DNA from: Adineta vaga | Lineage: Eukaryota > Animalia > Rotifera | Direction of reading: 5' to 3' | NCBI GenBank assembly: GCA_021613535.1 | Contig: CP075493.1 | Coordinates: 7,874,001 to 7,938,000 of the forward strand | Length of the DNA: 64,000 bases | Shown here: positions 1 to 13,900 of the stretch, piece by piece | Layout of the letters: the number at the start of each line of letters is the position of its first letter | Numbering within the stretch: position 1 is the stretch's first letter | Made by a program: the position numbers and the translations under genes | Notes under the pieces: generated by a model | Told to the model about the DNA's origin: nothing | What the model saw: only the letters and a program-made list of their open reading frames with translations | The model's database searches: none

Positions 1-492
1 TGAACATCCACAAAGTCGTCTTCAGATTACTTGTTCGTTTTCACAAACATCTTTTCCAGTAAATCTATTTACTCACTTCCTTTAGGTACACTTCTACTCA
101 CATCGATCATGTTTCGTTGGTCGGTATCTCGTCTCCTTCCACCAGTATCCTATTTAACATTATTAGATAAATATACATTAATATCTTTAGTTTTTATTTC
201 ACTTAATTCTATATGGCATTCAATAATTGGTTTTCTTATTCGACATACGGCCATATCAAAAATGATTGATTATTATGTTCTCAGTTTATTTACAGCATTT
301 TTTCTTATTTATCATTTTCTAATGGCATTATTTTTATTTCAAGCATTACGTAGTCGACAAGTTATGCTTGAAAGTGACCGTCAATATGCATCGAAATTAG
401 CTGGCATGTTTGAAACATTCGTACAAGGACATCATGCTGTACAACGTTTTCAAGAAAGACTAAATTCTAGTCGTACATCTCTATTTGTTTAG
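1..492 (+). CDS. Pentameric ligand-gated ion channel subunit, 3' part (M2-M4), Cys-less/Pro-loop-like; gene starts before the window
   Basis: Splicing out intron 33-85 (GT..AG) gives EHPQSRLQITCTLLLTSIMFRWSVSRLLPPVSYLTLLDKY, the M2, M2-M3 loop (LP..SY) and M3 signature. The M3-M4 loop is very short. Confidence 0.8.
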
Positions 493-574
493 CAGATCTA
501 TTTTTTATTTTACACGAAAAAGAAAAGAAAAATACATACACACACACACATATATATATATCTATTATCTGGAT

Positions 575-2669
575 TTATTTTCGTTTATATATACATATCA
601 GATTATTACTTGTAGTTAAACACAGATAAGTTTCATTGAGACTAGATGAAAGAAGACTAGGTGCTTGAGATGTTTTTGCTTGTGGCCAATTGATTTCATA
701 ACGTTTATTTTCAAACGATGCTTTCTTTGTTTTCTTATTAATTGAATTCATACGAATTTGATGATAAAAAAATGATCCATGATCACTACCAAGAATACAT
801 TCGAATGATGTATTACTCTTATCATTTTCATTCGTTGTTAAACATACAGCCATTTTCGTTGCAATTTGTCGATAAGGATTTGAAAGTGAAAGAGTCATAT
901 GTAATTGTTGACTAGGAGGAAGAGATTGTTCAAGATCAAAGCAACATATTTGATCAAGACCAAGAATATTCATTGCTATTAAACGTGTTTGACCATTGAT
1001 TAAACGAATGGATTCAATATGTTCACCAACTGTACACATAGATTTCGGAAATGTTAATCGAATTGGAGTTTGTTCATGAATAACAAATAGACCGGAAGTT
1101 GTTCCAACTAAGAGAAGATTATTCTCTCTTGTTAATGGATAACATAATAGATCCGTTATACTAAGAATTGAATCATCAGCATTATCAAAGTAATAGACAT
1201 GTGTTGATGAAACTTTATGAGTTAATACAGTTGATTCGATGTAATCGAATTGAGCTGCTGGTTTACTTTGTTTACGAATATATGAGAGAAATCGATCGAG
1301 ATACGATTGAATATTCAATAAACGAACAGTATGAAATGAACCAATAATTAATGTAGATGAATTATTCGAATGCCATGTTAAACAACTAATTGATGAAGAC
1401 TAAATTTAAATAAAACAGTCAGGTAAAGATATATATATATCGAATGACTTTCGTCCTGTATCTCTTTTTCATTTCTATAAAAAGTTTCCATCAAAAGTTA
1501 CTTACAGGTAGTTCAATATGTCCAAACATAATTTTATATTTATGCGATATAAGATAGATATGTCCATTGGTTGCTCCGACAGCTAATATTTTATGATTTT
1601 CTTTTCCATCATTGACTTCAATCCAACATAAACATGAAAAATATTCTGTCGAATTGGTTCCATTCTTATCTTTTAATTTTCTTCCTGTTGTTGGCATTGC
1701 CGTTGAACGTAATGCTGATACTTCATAGAGATGAGTCACTTCACATGTATCACAATCAATAAAACACACTTTTTGTCCTCCACAAGTTGCTAAGATATGT
1801 TGTGTTGTATTCGGTTCGAATAATCCCATTCGAACAGCTATAGTTGTTAAATCATTTTCCGTTGTTTGATGACAACGAAGAAATTTTATCGGTTCAAAAT
1901 TTGTTTTAATATCCATCATATCATTGAATTCAGCAGTTAAATGTGTTCTTAAACTTTTCTTTGGTTGTTGTAATTTTGGTGCTGATATACAAAGTTCATC
2001 AATTTTCTTTGTTATTAAATAATTTGCTAATGTTGAAAGATGAATAAGATTGAAATCAGCTTGTTTTTGGAAGATTTTTATCATTGCATGACGAAAATCT
2101 TCGAGTAATTGTTTTACAACTTGTCGATTTTTTTCATTCGTCGATTCTTGTTTATATTTATCATAGTATGAAACTGCCCAAAGACGATCGATTTTCGTTT
2201 CAATAATTTGTAACCACTGATCTAATTTTAGCTGGTCATCTTCGATTTGATCACGATTCGAATCGATTAAATGTTCAAGAGATGGACAAATATGTAAAGA
2301 TAAAAATCGTTCATTAGATCGAAGAAGATTTTCTGTAATATTTAAATGTTTTAAATGTTTCAAATCTTTAAGAAATACTAATGTTTCTAATTTATTATGA
2401 CTTAGATTTAATTTTTCAATAAAATTCTCTTTTGCTTTGGACCAATCTAAATTGATGGTAATTAATTGATTGTATGATAAATCAAGTGAATGAAGTTTAG
2501 GCAAATGTTCAAATGGAAATGTATCTATTTGAATTAATTGTAAATTCGAAAGATTTAAATCTGTTATTTGATGATAGGATGTCGATGGTAAACGTTTCGA
2601 TGAGATCATTAATGTTATAAATTCATTTTGAGAATGTTTTCGAAGACGTTTAGGTGGTGATGAAGACAT
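575..2669 (-). CDS. LRWD1: Leucine-rich repeat and WD40 repeat protein 1 (ORCA-like)
   Basis: N-terminal LRRs (LHSLDLSYNQL, LNLSHNKL), then FEPIKFLRCH...FEP...ATCGGQKVCFIDCDT resembling the LRWD1 WD40 start. Intron 1400-1505 joins the two ORFs in frame. Confidence 0.8.
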
Positions 2670-2857
2670 GATCTGAAAAAATCAATTTAGATAATTACGT
2701 CGAAATTGATTGGAAATTACATTTGTATGAAAGACAAATGACTAGGAATAAATTATATAAGAATAGAAATACGCACACATCTGACAGAAAAGAAAACAAT
2801 AACACTGTATTTTTTTCCATACGGTCGAAATAACAAAAACGAAGAAGAATCACATTC

Positions 2858-4840
2858 TTAATGATTATCAAGATTTGCTGTCATCGTAGTTATTTCATTA
2901 ATGAATGTTTCAGCAAATCGAGCAGCTGCTTCATCCATTGCCTATATAAAATAGAATAGAAATATTTTATTAAAAGAGAAAGAAATATAAGTTACGAGTT
3001 CATCTTGTTCATTACGAACTAAATTTGATAAAAATTGAATTGGATTCGAAGATGTTTTACGATTCGTAAATGATGCACTATCGACAGATTCAACATCAGG
3101 ATCACGAATAAAACGACCCAATGGATCAATGTAACCCATTGAATATTTTCTAATAAAACAAAAAATTAACTATGATATTAAAAAAAGTTTCATTTCATTC
3201 GTACCCCATGGATTTGATTGCTAATTCTTGATTTAAACTTGGACAAGATGATGAAACACTTGGATTTCTTTGCCGATTTGATTGTGTAGTTGTACATGTT
3301 GCTGTTGGAATAACTGAAGATTGTACGACATTATCCGAACTGATCGATGCTGTATCTATTTAATAATATCATTTGAATTGTATTCAATCAAAGAAAAAGA
3401 ATATCTTCTTTATACCAGATTCAACCGTTTTCACAGGTCGAGATGTTAATGCTCTTTCTTCATTACGAATTTTTAACATTAAATCACTAATATGCTCACA
3501 AAAGATCACACTTTGCAAGAATCGAGGAAAATATTCCTACAGAAATTGAAAAATCATTTTTTTTTCTACATAAACTCATCTGTCTACTTACACGTTGAAG
3601 AATAATATATATAATCCAAGCTGTTTGATCAAATGTATCACCTGATGGTCCAGCATCAACATCTGGTTGACATATACTACATTCAATTCGTGCACGAATT
3701 GCATCATCAAATCCTAATCGTTTTGGTGCTTGTAATGATATGTATCTATAAAAAGAAAATGTTCAATACATCACTGATCATTTGTATTTATAGATGCACA
3801 TACTGATCATAGATATTCAAAGCATTTTCAGTTAATGTTTGATTATCAATCATTCGATTGATAGTACTCTGATAAAAATGTTCAATTGCAAGCCAAAAAC
3901 GAACTAAATCAATAATTTTCTCTTGTTCCGCAAACTAAATTCATATAACTAATGAAACAAAATTGAAGATTCCAGTTTTTTTACCTCCATAAAATAAGAT
4001 GATGATGAATTATTATAAAGAATATCATGTAATTGAAGTTCATTACTTGTTAACATTTTCAATTGATAGTTTACATGATATGCACTAGCTAAATATGCTG
4101 GAAAAGCACTAAACAAAAAAATTGCGGTTTTTTCTTTCTTTTTCTTCGAAACAAACTTCTGTTCAATTAAATTCCAAGCATATTCTCTTGCCATTCGAAA
4201 ACAATCGGGATCTGTTGTTGTGCTATTACTCGACGGGCAAATTAAAGCTACAAGAGATCAATAAACTACGAAAAATAACAAGAATTCGACTTACAAAGTG
4301 TTGTCTGTCGAATATCATCATCAATCGATATTAAATATTTCGCGTCAATTGATAAATATCGATGAAATAGAGTTAATGCGGCTGTTTGTTGTTCGGAATG
4401 TTTGGATGAATTTTGTCGAGCTAGGTTTTCGAATGCATGAACATCGAGAATAAATTTTAAATAAGACGATAATGAACATGATTCCATATAAAGAATGAAA
4501 TAATTCAATTCATCATTTGGTGTATAGACAAGATTATAGAGAGAACGATTTAAACGGGAATGTCGTAATGAAGCAAGTTCAGATGGAATAGTGCAATGTC
4601 CTAGAAATAGTTTATAGCAATGATAGAAAATAACTTAGATGATCAATTTATCATACCTGATTGTATCGCTAAATCACGATAGTATGGCCATTGTTGAATA
4701 CCGAGAAGATTCTCAGAACGATTTCGACTTTGACTACGTTCACGGGTTTTTTCTAGATTGTAGAAAATAACATAGAAAAGAAATTATTGTTTAGAACTCG
4801 CACCTTTATTGGAATTGGTAAATATACGGAAAAACGACAT
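2858..4840 (-). CDS. AKAP10: A-kinase anchor protein 10 (D-AKAP2): two RGS domains plus C-terminal PKA-binding helix; multi-exon
   Basis: Start MSFFRIF; RGS segments (YQLKMLTSNELQLHDILY; LVRFWLAIEHFY); GYIDPLGRFIRD motif; C-terminal amphipathic helix EAAARFAETFINEI. Confidence 0.8.
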
Positions 4841-5144
4841 GATTGAAATTTACATATAAATATTGAAAAAACAAGAGCAAGTAACTGCGCGTAGTTATCG
4901 AATCCGTTCGTTCGTTCTTTCTTTCATTTCATTCATTCATTCATGACATCCATCGTCATTGATTCTCTCCTTTTTCCTGAAAAGAAGAAGATCATGACTC
5001 ATCGTCAACTTCGTTTTATCCTATCGTATATGGTTGAAAATTCTTCAATAGAGGGTGTTAGATCAACGTTAAGGAAAACATATATACTGTAAACTCGATT
5101 ATTTTTATTATGAATCAAATCATACTACAGTAAAAGAGATATTT

Positions 5145-6416
5145 TTAGAGAGAAATCATTCTCCATTTTTGAAGATCACTATTAACATCGCGCCATAAAT
5201 GTAATTGTGCACCTGGTAAAATATTATCGGCAGGAACAGATATCATTTTTGGTGCATCAGAATTACCTATCGTGTGAACATTGATAAGTTGAACAATATC
5301 AGGAGTATTTTCATCAACGATTTGTAATTTCCATAATTGATTATTTCCGCTATGATATGGCCATTGAATTAGTTTCGTACCATCAGTTGTACCCCAATTA
5401 TCACTATCTAAACCTAAACGACTGTGAGCTGCAATCAGACGAAATTGACCATGGCCTGCATATTGAACATGCCATTTCTATAATAAAGAAAACTATCTCA
5501 TTGAAAAGTATGTACAATAATGGATGATTACCTGCCAATCACCTCCATTATCATGCCATTGTAAGACACTTCTACCCCAATCATTTGATGCACTATCAAT
5601 TTCTAATAGAAGACCTGTTTGAACATTTTGAAATTTATAAAATCCATCATATTTTGGTTTCCAAACTTCAAGTAAATCTACACTCATAACTGAAGGATAA
5701 TCTGGAACATTGATAGGTGAATTCTGTGCTTTACCACCAACGCCTAATCCAATGACTAAACACATCTTATCGACTTGTTTTAATTCATCAGATTTTGTAA
5801 TTGTATTTACCCATTTATCATCATAATACCATGTAATTTGATCATAACCCCAGTCTAATCCATATCGATGAACACCATCACTTGTTTGCTTATCCACAGC
5901 AACAAAATTTTGCTCTTCAACCTCACCCTTATCATTCGTATATTTAAATCCATAAAAATAACGTGATCTGGCATCGAATGCTTCCATAACAGTAAGCATT
6001 GGAACACGTCCTGAATCTTCTGGTACGAGAAATACTGCTGGCCATGTACTTTCTGTAGCTGGTACACGTAAATTAATATCAATAAAACCGTTTTTCATAC
6101 AAAACTTTCCATTAGTATTAACAGCACCTGAAGAAAAATCAATATCAAGCGCACCGAATTCTGTCATAACACCAACTGTTGTTGATCGTTCTTGGATAGC
6201 TGTAATGTTTAAGAAACCATCTTGTGTAACTCGAACTAAACGAGGATTCGTATTAGCTCGATGAGTATAGTAAGTACCCCATGGATATCCATAATTCCAA
6301 ATAGATTTATTCATTGATGGAGGATCGAAAGTTTCATATAGTACTCGAGTTTGTCCATGAGTTAGTTGACCAGAAATCGTTGAAATAAGCAAAGCGAAGA
6401 TAAAAATACCAATCAT
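5145..6416 (-). CDS. Secreted GH16 (laminarinase-like) domain plus ricin-B/CBM13 lectin domain protein; catalytic motif degenerate; probable horizontal acquisition
   Basis: Signal peptide from ATG 6416. GH16 motifs FSSGAVNT, WPAVFL, HRYGLDW..ITWYYD. QxW ricin repeats (VLQW..QKW, LIQW..QLW, LHLW..QKW). One intron, 5478-5531. Confidence 0.85.
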
Positions 6417-7479
6417 TACTATACCCAACTCAAATTTTCAAAAGTCATGGGACAGGGCTAAGATGGGTACGTATATATATATAAATAGACAACTACTGTT
6501 GAATGAGACCATGAGAAAAACCATCTGGAAATATTTACTATTGTTCGCAACAACAGACCAGGTGTGATTTTTTCAGATTATTATGTTTAAGACGAAGATA
6601 GTTAATAAATAAATATATGTTAATTATTGAAAATATAGCAAGCAGTATCGAGTTAATGCGTACAGTCAATCAAGATAATAAAAACTTTCATTCAAATGTT
6701 TATTACGTTTATCAATACATGGGATAATTGATGCTTCTCTGATAAAATGAATACCGATGGAAAATATTCTCATAAACAAGTTATCAATCTTCAAGTTATA
6801 TGAATATGAGAGGAAAATATATACGAAAATTTAACGACGTTTCAAGCCGTATTGTCGACACTTCTCTTTGAAATGAAAATTTTCATAAATATCTTAAACT
6901 TTTACACACAAATGATTAAAGAATTAAACGTTTATACGACTCTTATGTTCAATAGACGACAATAAAAACTGAATGTTTGAATCTTGTACTTTTTACATCT
7001 CGAAAATTGTGATGGTGATTATTAAAGCGGGATCTAAAAATTGTACAAAGATTGAAAGAGAAAAACCAGAATGAATAAACGTATACGTGTGGAAATATAT
7101 ATAATAGAATAAAATTGCAATTTATTTATAAATTTCTTCGAGAAAAAATCAGAAATAAACACTTTAACAAATATTGATAGAGATAGAAAAGTTTTCACAT
7201 TCTCTCTCAGATGTTACGACAATGATTAAGAATATATAAGTAAGAATTCAATTCGAAGTTACTCTTTTGTTTATTTCTTTTTTTCTTCTATAACGTCCGT
7301 CAAATTCCAACATATACATATATATATATATATATATCATATGTTTTAAACAAATAAAATGTAGAGGACAGAATGACCGTATCGTTATTTTTTGCTCATA
7401 GAAATCGATAGTCTTTGAATGAAATGAAAAAATAAATGTACCCTTATTCTATATCATTGTTTTATTTTCAGACTAAAAA

Positions 7480-8933
7480 ATGGATTCAAAATTGAGAAAA
7501 TATCTGCTTTATCGTCGATTATTAGTTAATAATTGTTTACTTTTTCTTGGCTTTTTCTTTATGATTACATTTGTTCGTATGACTTATTTCAAAATGTCTG
7601 AATCTGATTCATATGATACTCACACTATCCTATCAAATACAGAATTCTTCGAACATTTACAACCATATTATTATCCTGTTTCTTGCCAGAAACTTTTTGA
7701 AAATGATCTGGATGAAATGCAACATGCACTGACTCTTTTGAATAACAACCATTCATATCCAATAATACTTGACAAACAATACAATATACCTAGAACAAAA
7801 TGTGATATTTATCGTTCTGAACGTTTTCATCAATCATATCATTATGAAGATTCTTTTATTAATCAACAATTTCCTTTAGCTTTTAGCATTCTTATGCATG
7901 AAAATGTTGAACAATTTGAACGTCTTTTACGTCTAATATATCGTCCACAAAATTTCTATTGTATTCATGTTGATAGTAGTGCAGACGAAAATGTGTTTGA
8001 AGCTGTTCAATCGATTGTACAATGTTTTGATAATGTATTTTTAGCAAGTAAACGTGAAAGAGTTCTTTATGCAACAATACGAAGATTACAGGCTGATCTT
8101 AATTGTATGAAAGATTTATTAAAATATCCATCGTGGAAATATTTATTAAATATGGCTAATTCGGAGTTACCATTAAAAACTAATGATGAATTAGTGAAAA
8201 TCTTATCTATTTATCGAGGATTTAATGATATCGAAGGAATATGGAAGAAGAGAAATAAGTATAGATTTGAACATGTTTATAAATTTAAAACTAATATAAA
8301 TGGAACACATGAACATTATTTAATTAGAACAGAAGAAAGAAAACGACCAGCTCCACATAATATCACGATTATTAAAGGATCTGCATATGGTATGATACGC
8401 TTTCTATTTTCTATAGATCAATTCATGATTTCGATCTTCAGGTGCATTTTCTCGTGCATTCGTGAAATATGTACAAACAGATCCCATTGCCAAAGAATTA
8501 TACAATTGGTCAAATGATACCTATAGTCCAGATGAACATTATTGGGCAACATTAAATTATAATACGCATTTAAAGGCTCCTGGCGGATATAAAGGTAATA
8601 GAATTTCTATGATAACTCAAATTTGAAGCGAATATATTCAAATTGTTCATTTCTATTTCAGCTCGAAGTGATCCTGTTCAATGGACAGCTCGTTTTGCTA
8701 ATTGGGGTGAATATCGATGTCATGGCCGTTTCGTACGTGGTGTATGTGTATTTGGCACTGGTGATTTACCATTATTAGCTAATCGTCATGAGTTCATAGC
8801 CAATAAATTCAATCTCAATATTGATCCTCTTGCTTATCAATGTTTAGAAGAAGTTCTTTTCAATCGATCTAAACTTAATGTACCATTGACTAATGCACAA
8901 TTTTACCGTCAAATGCCATTTTTATTACCTTGA
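7480..8933 (+). CDS. Beta-1,6-N-acetylglucosaminyltransferase (core-2/I-branching, GT14, GCNT family)
   Basis: Type II TM anchor; [48 protein letters not shown] motifs. Introns 8390-8441 and 8595-8661. Confidence 0.92.
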
Positions 8934-9090
8934 ATTATATGATTTCTATAGATTTAATTTGTACTAAATATCCGTTATGTTTTCTTTTGTTCTTTGCTTA
9001 GAAAGTGTTCAGTATGATTATGATGATCAAAGATCAAATAGAATTTTTTTTTATTTATTTAGTTTAGTTAACAAAAGATCATGATAACAA

Positions 9091-10638
9091 TTATTCTGAA
9101 GAATCTTGTTTAAATCTTTTAGCTGGATGTTCTTCTTCATTGTTCTTCTTTTCGAATAAAACTATTTTCGCACACATCATATCTTTCTTTGGTGCGACTT
9201 GTCGAACAAATCGACATGATATTTGGTGATCACTGAGATTCGGTAAGATAGTTTTTAAACGTTGTCGAATATCTTCATCGGGATTATCAGCTTTGGAAAA
9301 TGTATAACAATGAATATGAATAGGTAATAACCATTGTTGTTTTTCGTCGACATTCTTTTCTAACCATTCAGGAAAAACATCCAGAAATGTTAGAGCAATA
9401 TCGGGTAAATTCATTAGAACTATTATTTTATTATCAGATAAACACCAACGTTTTTCTTCATTATCAAGAATTTCTTGTTGATAAGTTTCTATACGTGGAA
9501 AAACAATTGTACGAAGAAATTCACGACCATCTAAATTGAATATATGATATTGATTTGAAGATTTTTTGCTTTGATTCGTTTTTAGATTAATTGTCATCCA
9601 TTTAACTGATTCAGGATTAATATCATTTGCATAAACATTACAACCAAGCATTAAAGCAGGTACAACAAATGGTCCAACACCGGCAAATACATCAAAAATA
9701 AGATCATTATGATGCAGAATTTTAACAATACGTTCACGTTCAGTACCTAAATGAGAATTTCGAAATGGCAATAGAAGAGAGTGTGATTATTTACTTAATC
9801 GAGGATTCCAATAGACTTTAGCAAAATCGAATTGAAATATTGCTTTACTTTCACGACATTTAACAATTGTATTGGGTTCACCGGCAAGAATTTCCAATTC
9901 AAAATTACGATGAACCGAATCGATTTCATGTAATTTATTTACGACAGTTTTCACATGCGAGAGTTTGTCAAGAACAACTTGAGCTACAATACTTAGAAGA
10001 CAATATATCTATTTTTCTATTCAAAATCGATAGTTTTTATATTTATTTGATTAATCCTTCTAGTACATGGTACATATTCATCTTTTCTAACTTTCAATTC
10101 CTTTTTTATGCGATGAACATCTCCACTCACCGATTATATGTTTATATGGTAAAACAGGATCTTTCAAATTGAAATGAGCAATATGTCCAATAAGACTATA
10201 ACCAGAACCTGTATTAATAGGTCCGTCTTTTCCTAAATCATCGGGTAAGATTGCTTTGATAATTTGTTCAATCGAATAATTCTCATAATTTACTGTCAGT
10301 TGAATAAAATCAAAAGATTCTTCAATATATTTTGTAATCGATGGTATCATTTTAATTGCGTCCTCTTTAGTTTCAATAACATCTGGATCGAGTAGAATTT
10401 GTTTATGTGTTTTCGATATCGGTTGTAAATCTCGAACATTTTTCAATGCCGGTAGAATCAATAGAGCATCTTTCCATTTCGATGTTTGAATACATTCCAC
10501 AGGAAGATTAACATACGGAACACTGATCGTTTGTTGAAACTGTTCACGATCTAGATTCGTTATACCTTTAACAGATAGAGGTAATTTCAAATGCATTTGA
10601 CGTAATGATCGAAAGAATCTATGCGAGAAAACAGACAT
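9091..10638 (-). CDS. TRMT5: tRNA (guanine-37-N1)-methyltransferase Trm5
   Basis: GYSLIGHIAHFNL, FDFAKVYWNPRL, DVFAGVGPF, ANDINP, VLMNLP, VRQVAPKK motifs. Arg/Ser-rich N-terminus resembles a mitochondrial presequence. Confidence 0.93.
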
Positions 10639-10903
10639 TCATCTGCTCTATTGTAAAGAAAGAATAATCTCTAGAATAATGATGGAAATAATATCTTTAC
10701 TAAACAATGTTTTGTTTATCAATTAAAAGAAATGAAATAAACAGAAGATGAACGGATAAAAAAATAGCAGACGCACGTGTATACACAAAAAACAACTAGT
10801 GAATAAAAAAGAAAAGGAAAACGAAAGGAGTTTATTTCAGATTCACTGGATTGTAAGAATATAAATATGGAATACCAGCGTCGAACAAAAAAATGATCAT
10901 TCT

Positions 10904-13900
10904 CTATGATTGAGATCGTTTTTTTATTGGAGTTATAGGTGGTGTTAATCCGCGATTTGTTTTACGTTTATCAATTAAAGCTTCAATACGTGACAATGGA
11001 CGTCGTGTTGTTCCTATTGAATCATCGGGAATATCGAGAATCCTTCTCTCGGCATATGATTGAGTATTTCTAAAAGTAAAAAAAATAATGTTTAAATTTG
11101 ATCAAAGAGAATTCGTTGTGAGAATTAGTAGAATTCGGCGAACATGCATTTGTTTTCTGTTTCAAGCTTCATCATGCAATTTCGAAAAAGAAAAGAGCTA
11201 CCTGTCGACGATATGTATTCGATGGAGATGTACCACGCGATGGGGATAGACCACTTTCGGCAACTGCCAAAAGAAAATCATCTGTCGAATCGGATCGTGT
11301 CGGAAAACGACGTGATGATGATGTACGAACAAAATATTGTGAAGTAGACATCAGGTTTTGACTAAAGGATTAGGATGTTTTTCTTTCTTTATTTTTCAAT
11401 TTACGAACTCGAGATTTCTTCTTATTCTCGAAACTTTCAATTTCATTCAAGGACACTTACGTTGTCTTAGCTGCACGAACAGCTTGTTCACGCCATGCTC
11501 GGATTTCTTGTAAACAGGTCTAAATGAAAAAGAAGAAAAAAATGATTCATTTTTAGAAAACATTGAATTAGTTCAATATTAACCGAGAAGAAAGTACAGA
11601 ATAATTTGAGATCAGTAAAAAATTCGGTAAGCGAATAATTTTTTAAATCAATAGCTAAGAAATCACATAAATTTTGATAAGCATTTGTCATTTCTTCATC
11701 GAGTTGTTCTAATCGAGCAACATCATCATCAGCAACACTTATAAAATCCTTTTGAAAATAGAAAATATTAGAAATCAATTTAATCATCAAAAACAAATTC
11801 ACTTCAATAGCTTCAGCAAATCGATCTCCTTCAATTTGATCTTCGTCATTTTTTGCAATAGTTAATTCTTCTCGAGCATTTTTTAATTCACGTTTGATTT
11901 CTTGTGGTTGTTTTTGAAGTTCTAATATATTAACTAAAAGAAAACAACGCATTGCTTTTCTTTCCAATCATTTCATACATACTTTTCGATACGCCATCAG
12001 CAAGAAGATAGAATTCATCAGAAAATGAAAGTAAATCTCGATGTTTATCTTGAATAGCTTGAACAATAAAATGTAATAACGAACGGCGACCATCATTAGC
12101 TTTTGTAGAATGTAACTAAAGTAAAGTGATCGACTATGAAATTTCGATAGATGAAATGTTACTTTGGGTAAAAAACTGATATCAAAACCATGAATTGGCT
12201 CATACGATTTGGCACTTGAATTCATATAATTACCAACAGTTAAAATTAATTCAAGCATTTTTTTAAATCGAATAGAATGTCGTACATGATCACATGCAGA
12301 ACGAACTTCAACAAATGCCTAAAAAAAATCAATTGAATTTAACTTTTTTTTTTCATTTGTTTTAATGAAACAAACTTTGTCTGTTTCTTCAACGGTTTCT
12401 TTATAATTTGCTTTGAATAAAAGTGTTTTCAAACGTTGTTTTAATCGTTTAATATCACCGATCTAAATATGAATAGAATAATTATTAAAAAAAACTAAAT
12501 CGATACATTGATTTCGTTTTCTTCGATAATTTACTGCACAAAAATACTGTTCGGAATATTGCAAATCATTGATTTCAATTTGATAATCAGCTAAGATTTT
12601 TAATTCTTCACTTGATGGTAAATATTTTTCTAATTGTTTTAAGAAATCATATTTTAAATTTTCATTATCACATGATAACATCCATTCCCGAAATACCGAT
12701 GGTGTTACTTTCAATTGACTAAACATGATTGCTTTAGAAGAAATATCGAGAGAGAGAGACGAATATTTATTATTTTGGTTTTAAATTCTTCAAAATTTTT
12801 TACCGAAATTTTGAGCTGCTTTTGCATCAAGTACACGTAATTCTTTCGATTTATCAACAAGTTCATGAATGGGTTGTCTACCTAGAATAATTCATTATGT
12901 TTTGTTAAATTTTAGTGAAATTAGACAATGACATACTCGGAATTATTTTACTGGCAAAATTCTTTCGTATGTCAGAAAAAAGTACATCATTAACGTATTT
13001 GTCTTCATCGACACCAACCCACATAGAGTCTTTCTTGATTGTATATGGATTTATCTGAAATATAAACCAAATAATTTTCCAACAAAGATAGAAAGTAGAG
13101 AAAACAAAAATACTAACTTTACTCCATTGAACTTTTTTAACAGGTTCTGTAACGCAATATTTCTGTTTTTTACGTAGATATTGAGGTAGCTGAAGTGGAG
13201 CTGAATATTAAAAATAAACAATGAATAATTTGTAATAAAATTTTAGCTTACCGCTAAATTCTGGCATCATTGGAGGTGGAGGTGGAGGAGTACTAAAGCC
13301 CAGTATTGCTACTGGTGCTAATTCTGTTCTAGCTTGGCAAAATGATGGTAATGGTGGAGGAAGAGGTGGTGGCGGTGGTGATGATACAATTTCATTAGGA
13401 ATTTTATCAATTTCCATAACTAGATCTGTAAGAAGTGAACGTACTTCGTCGTCGATATCGTCTGGAGATTTAAGAGAAGAATAAGATGCATATTCTTCGT
13501 CCGTTGATGAAAGTAACAATCTTGTATTGGACATATTGAATGACTAAAGATAAAACGACATGATTAAAAACTATGATTATATCTTGAACTAACTTTCGAT
13601 CACACATCCTACTGTCAATCAAAAATGATATATCTCAACATTCTCACTGACTCTATTCGTATTTGAACAGACACGTTCTTTACTTCGTAAGAATCTTTAT
13701 CGTTTGAATTGGTATTACTATTTGAACAGAAAGTTGATGGTTGTGTATTGGAATTTCTTGAATCAGAATTTAATGTTATCCATTCCAAAAGTAATTCACC
13801 TATTTAAAATACAATGTAAGAAGATCAATATGAATGAAAGAGTACTTGTAAATTTTGCATGATCGTTCTTAAATGATTGTGAAGATGTTAAAGGTGAACG

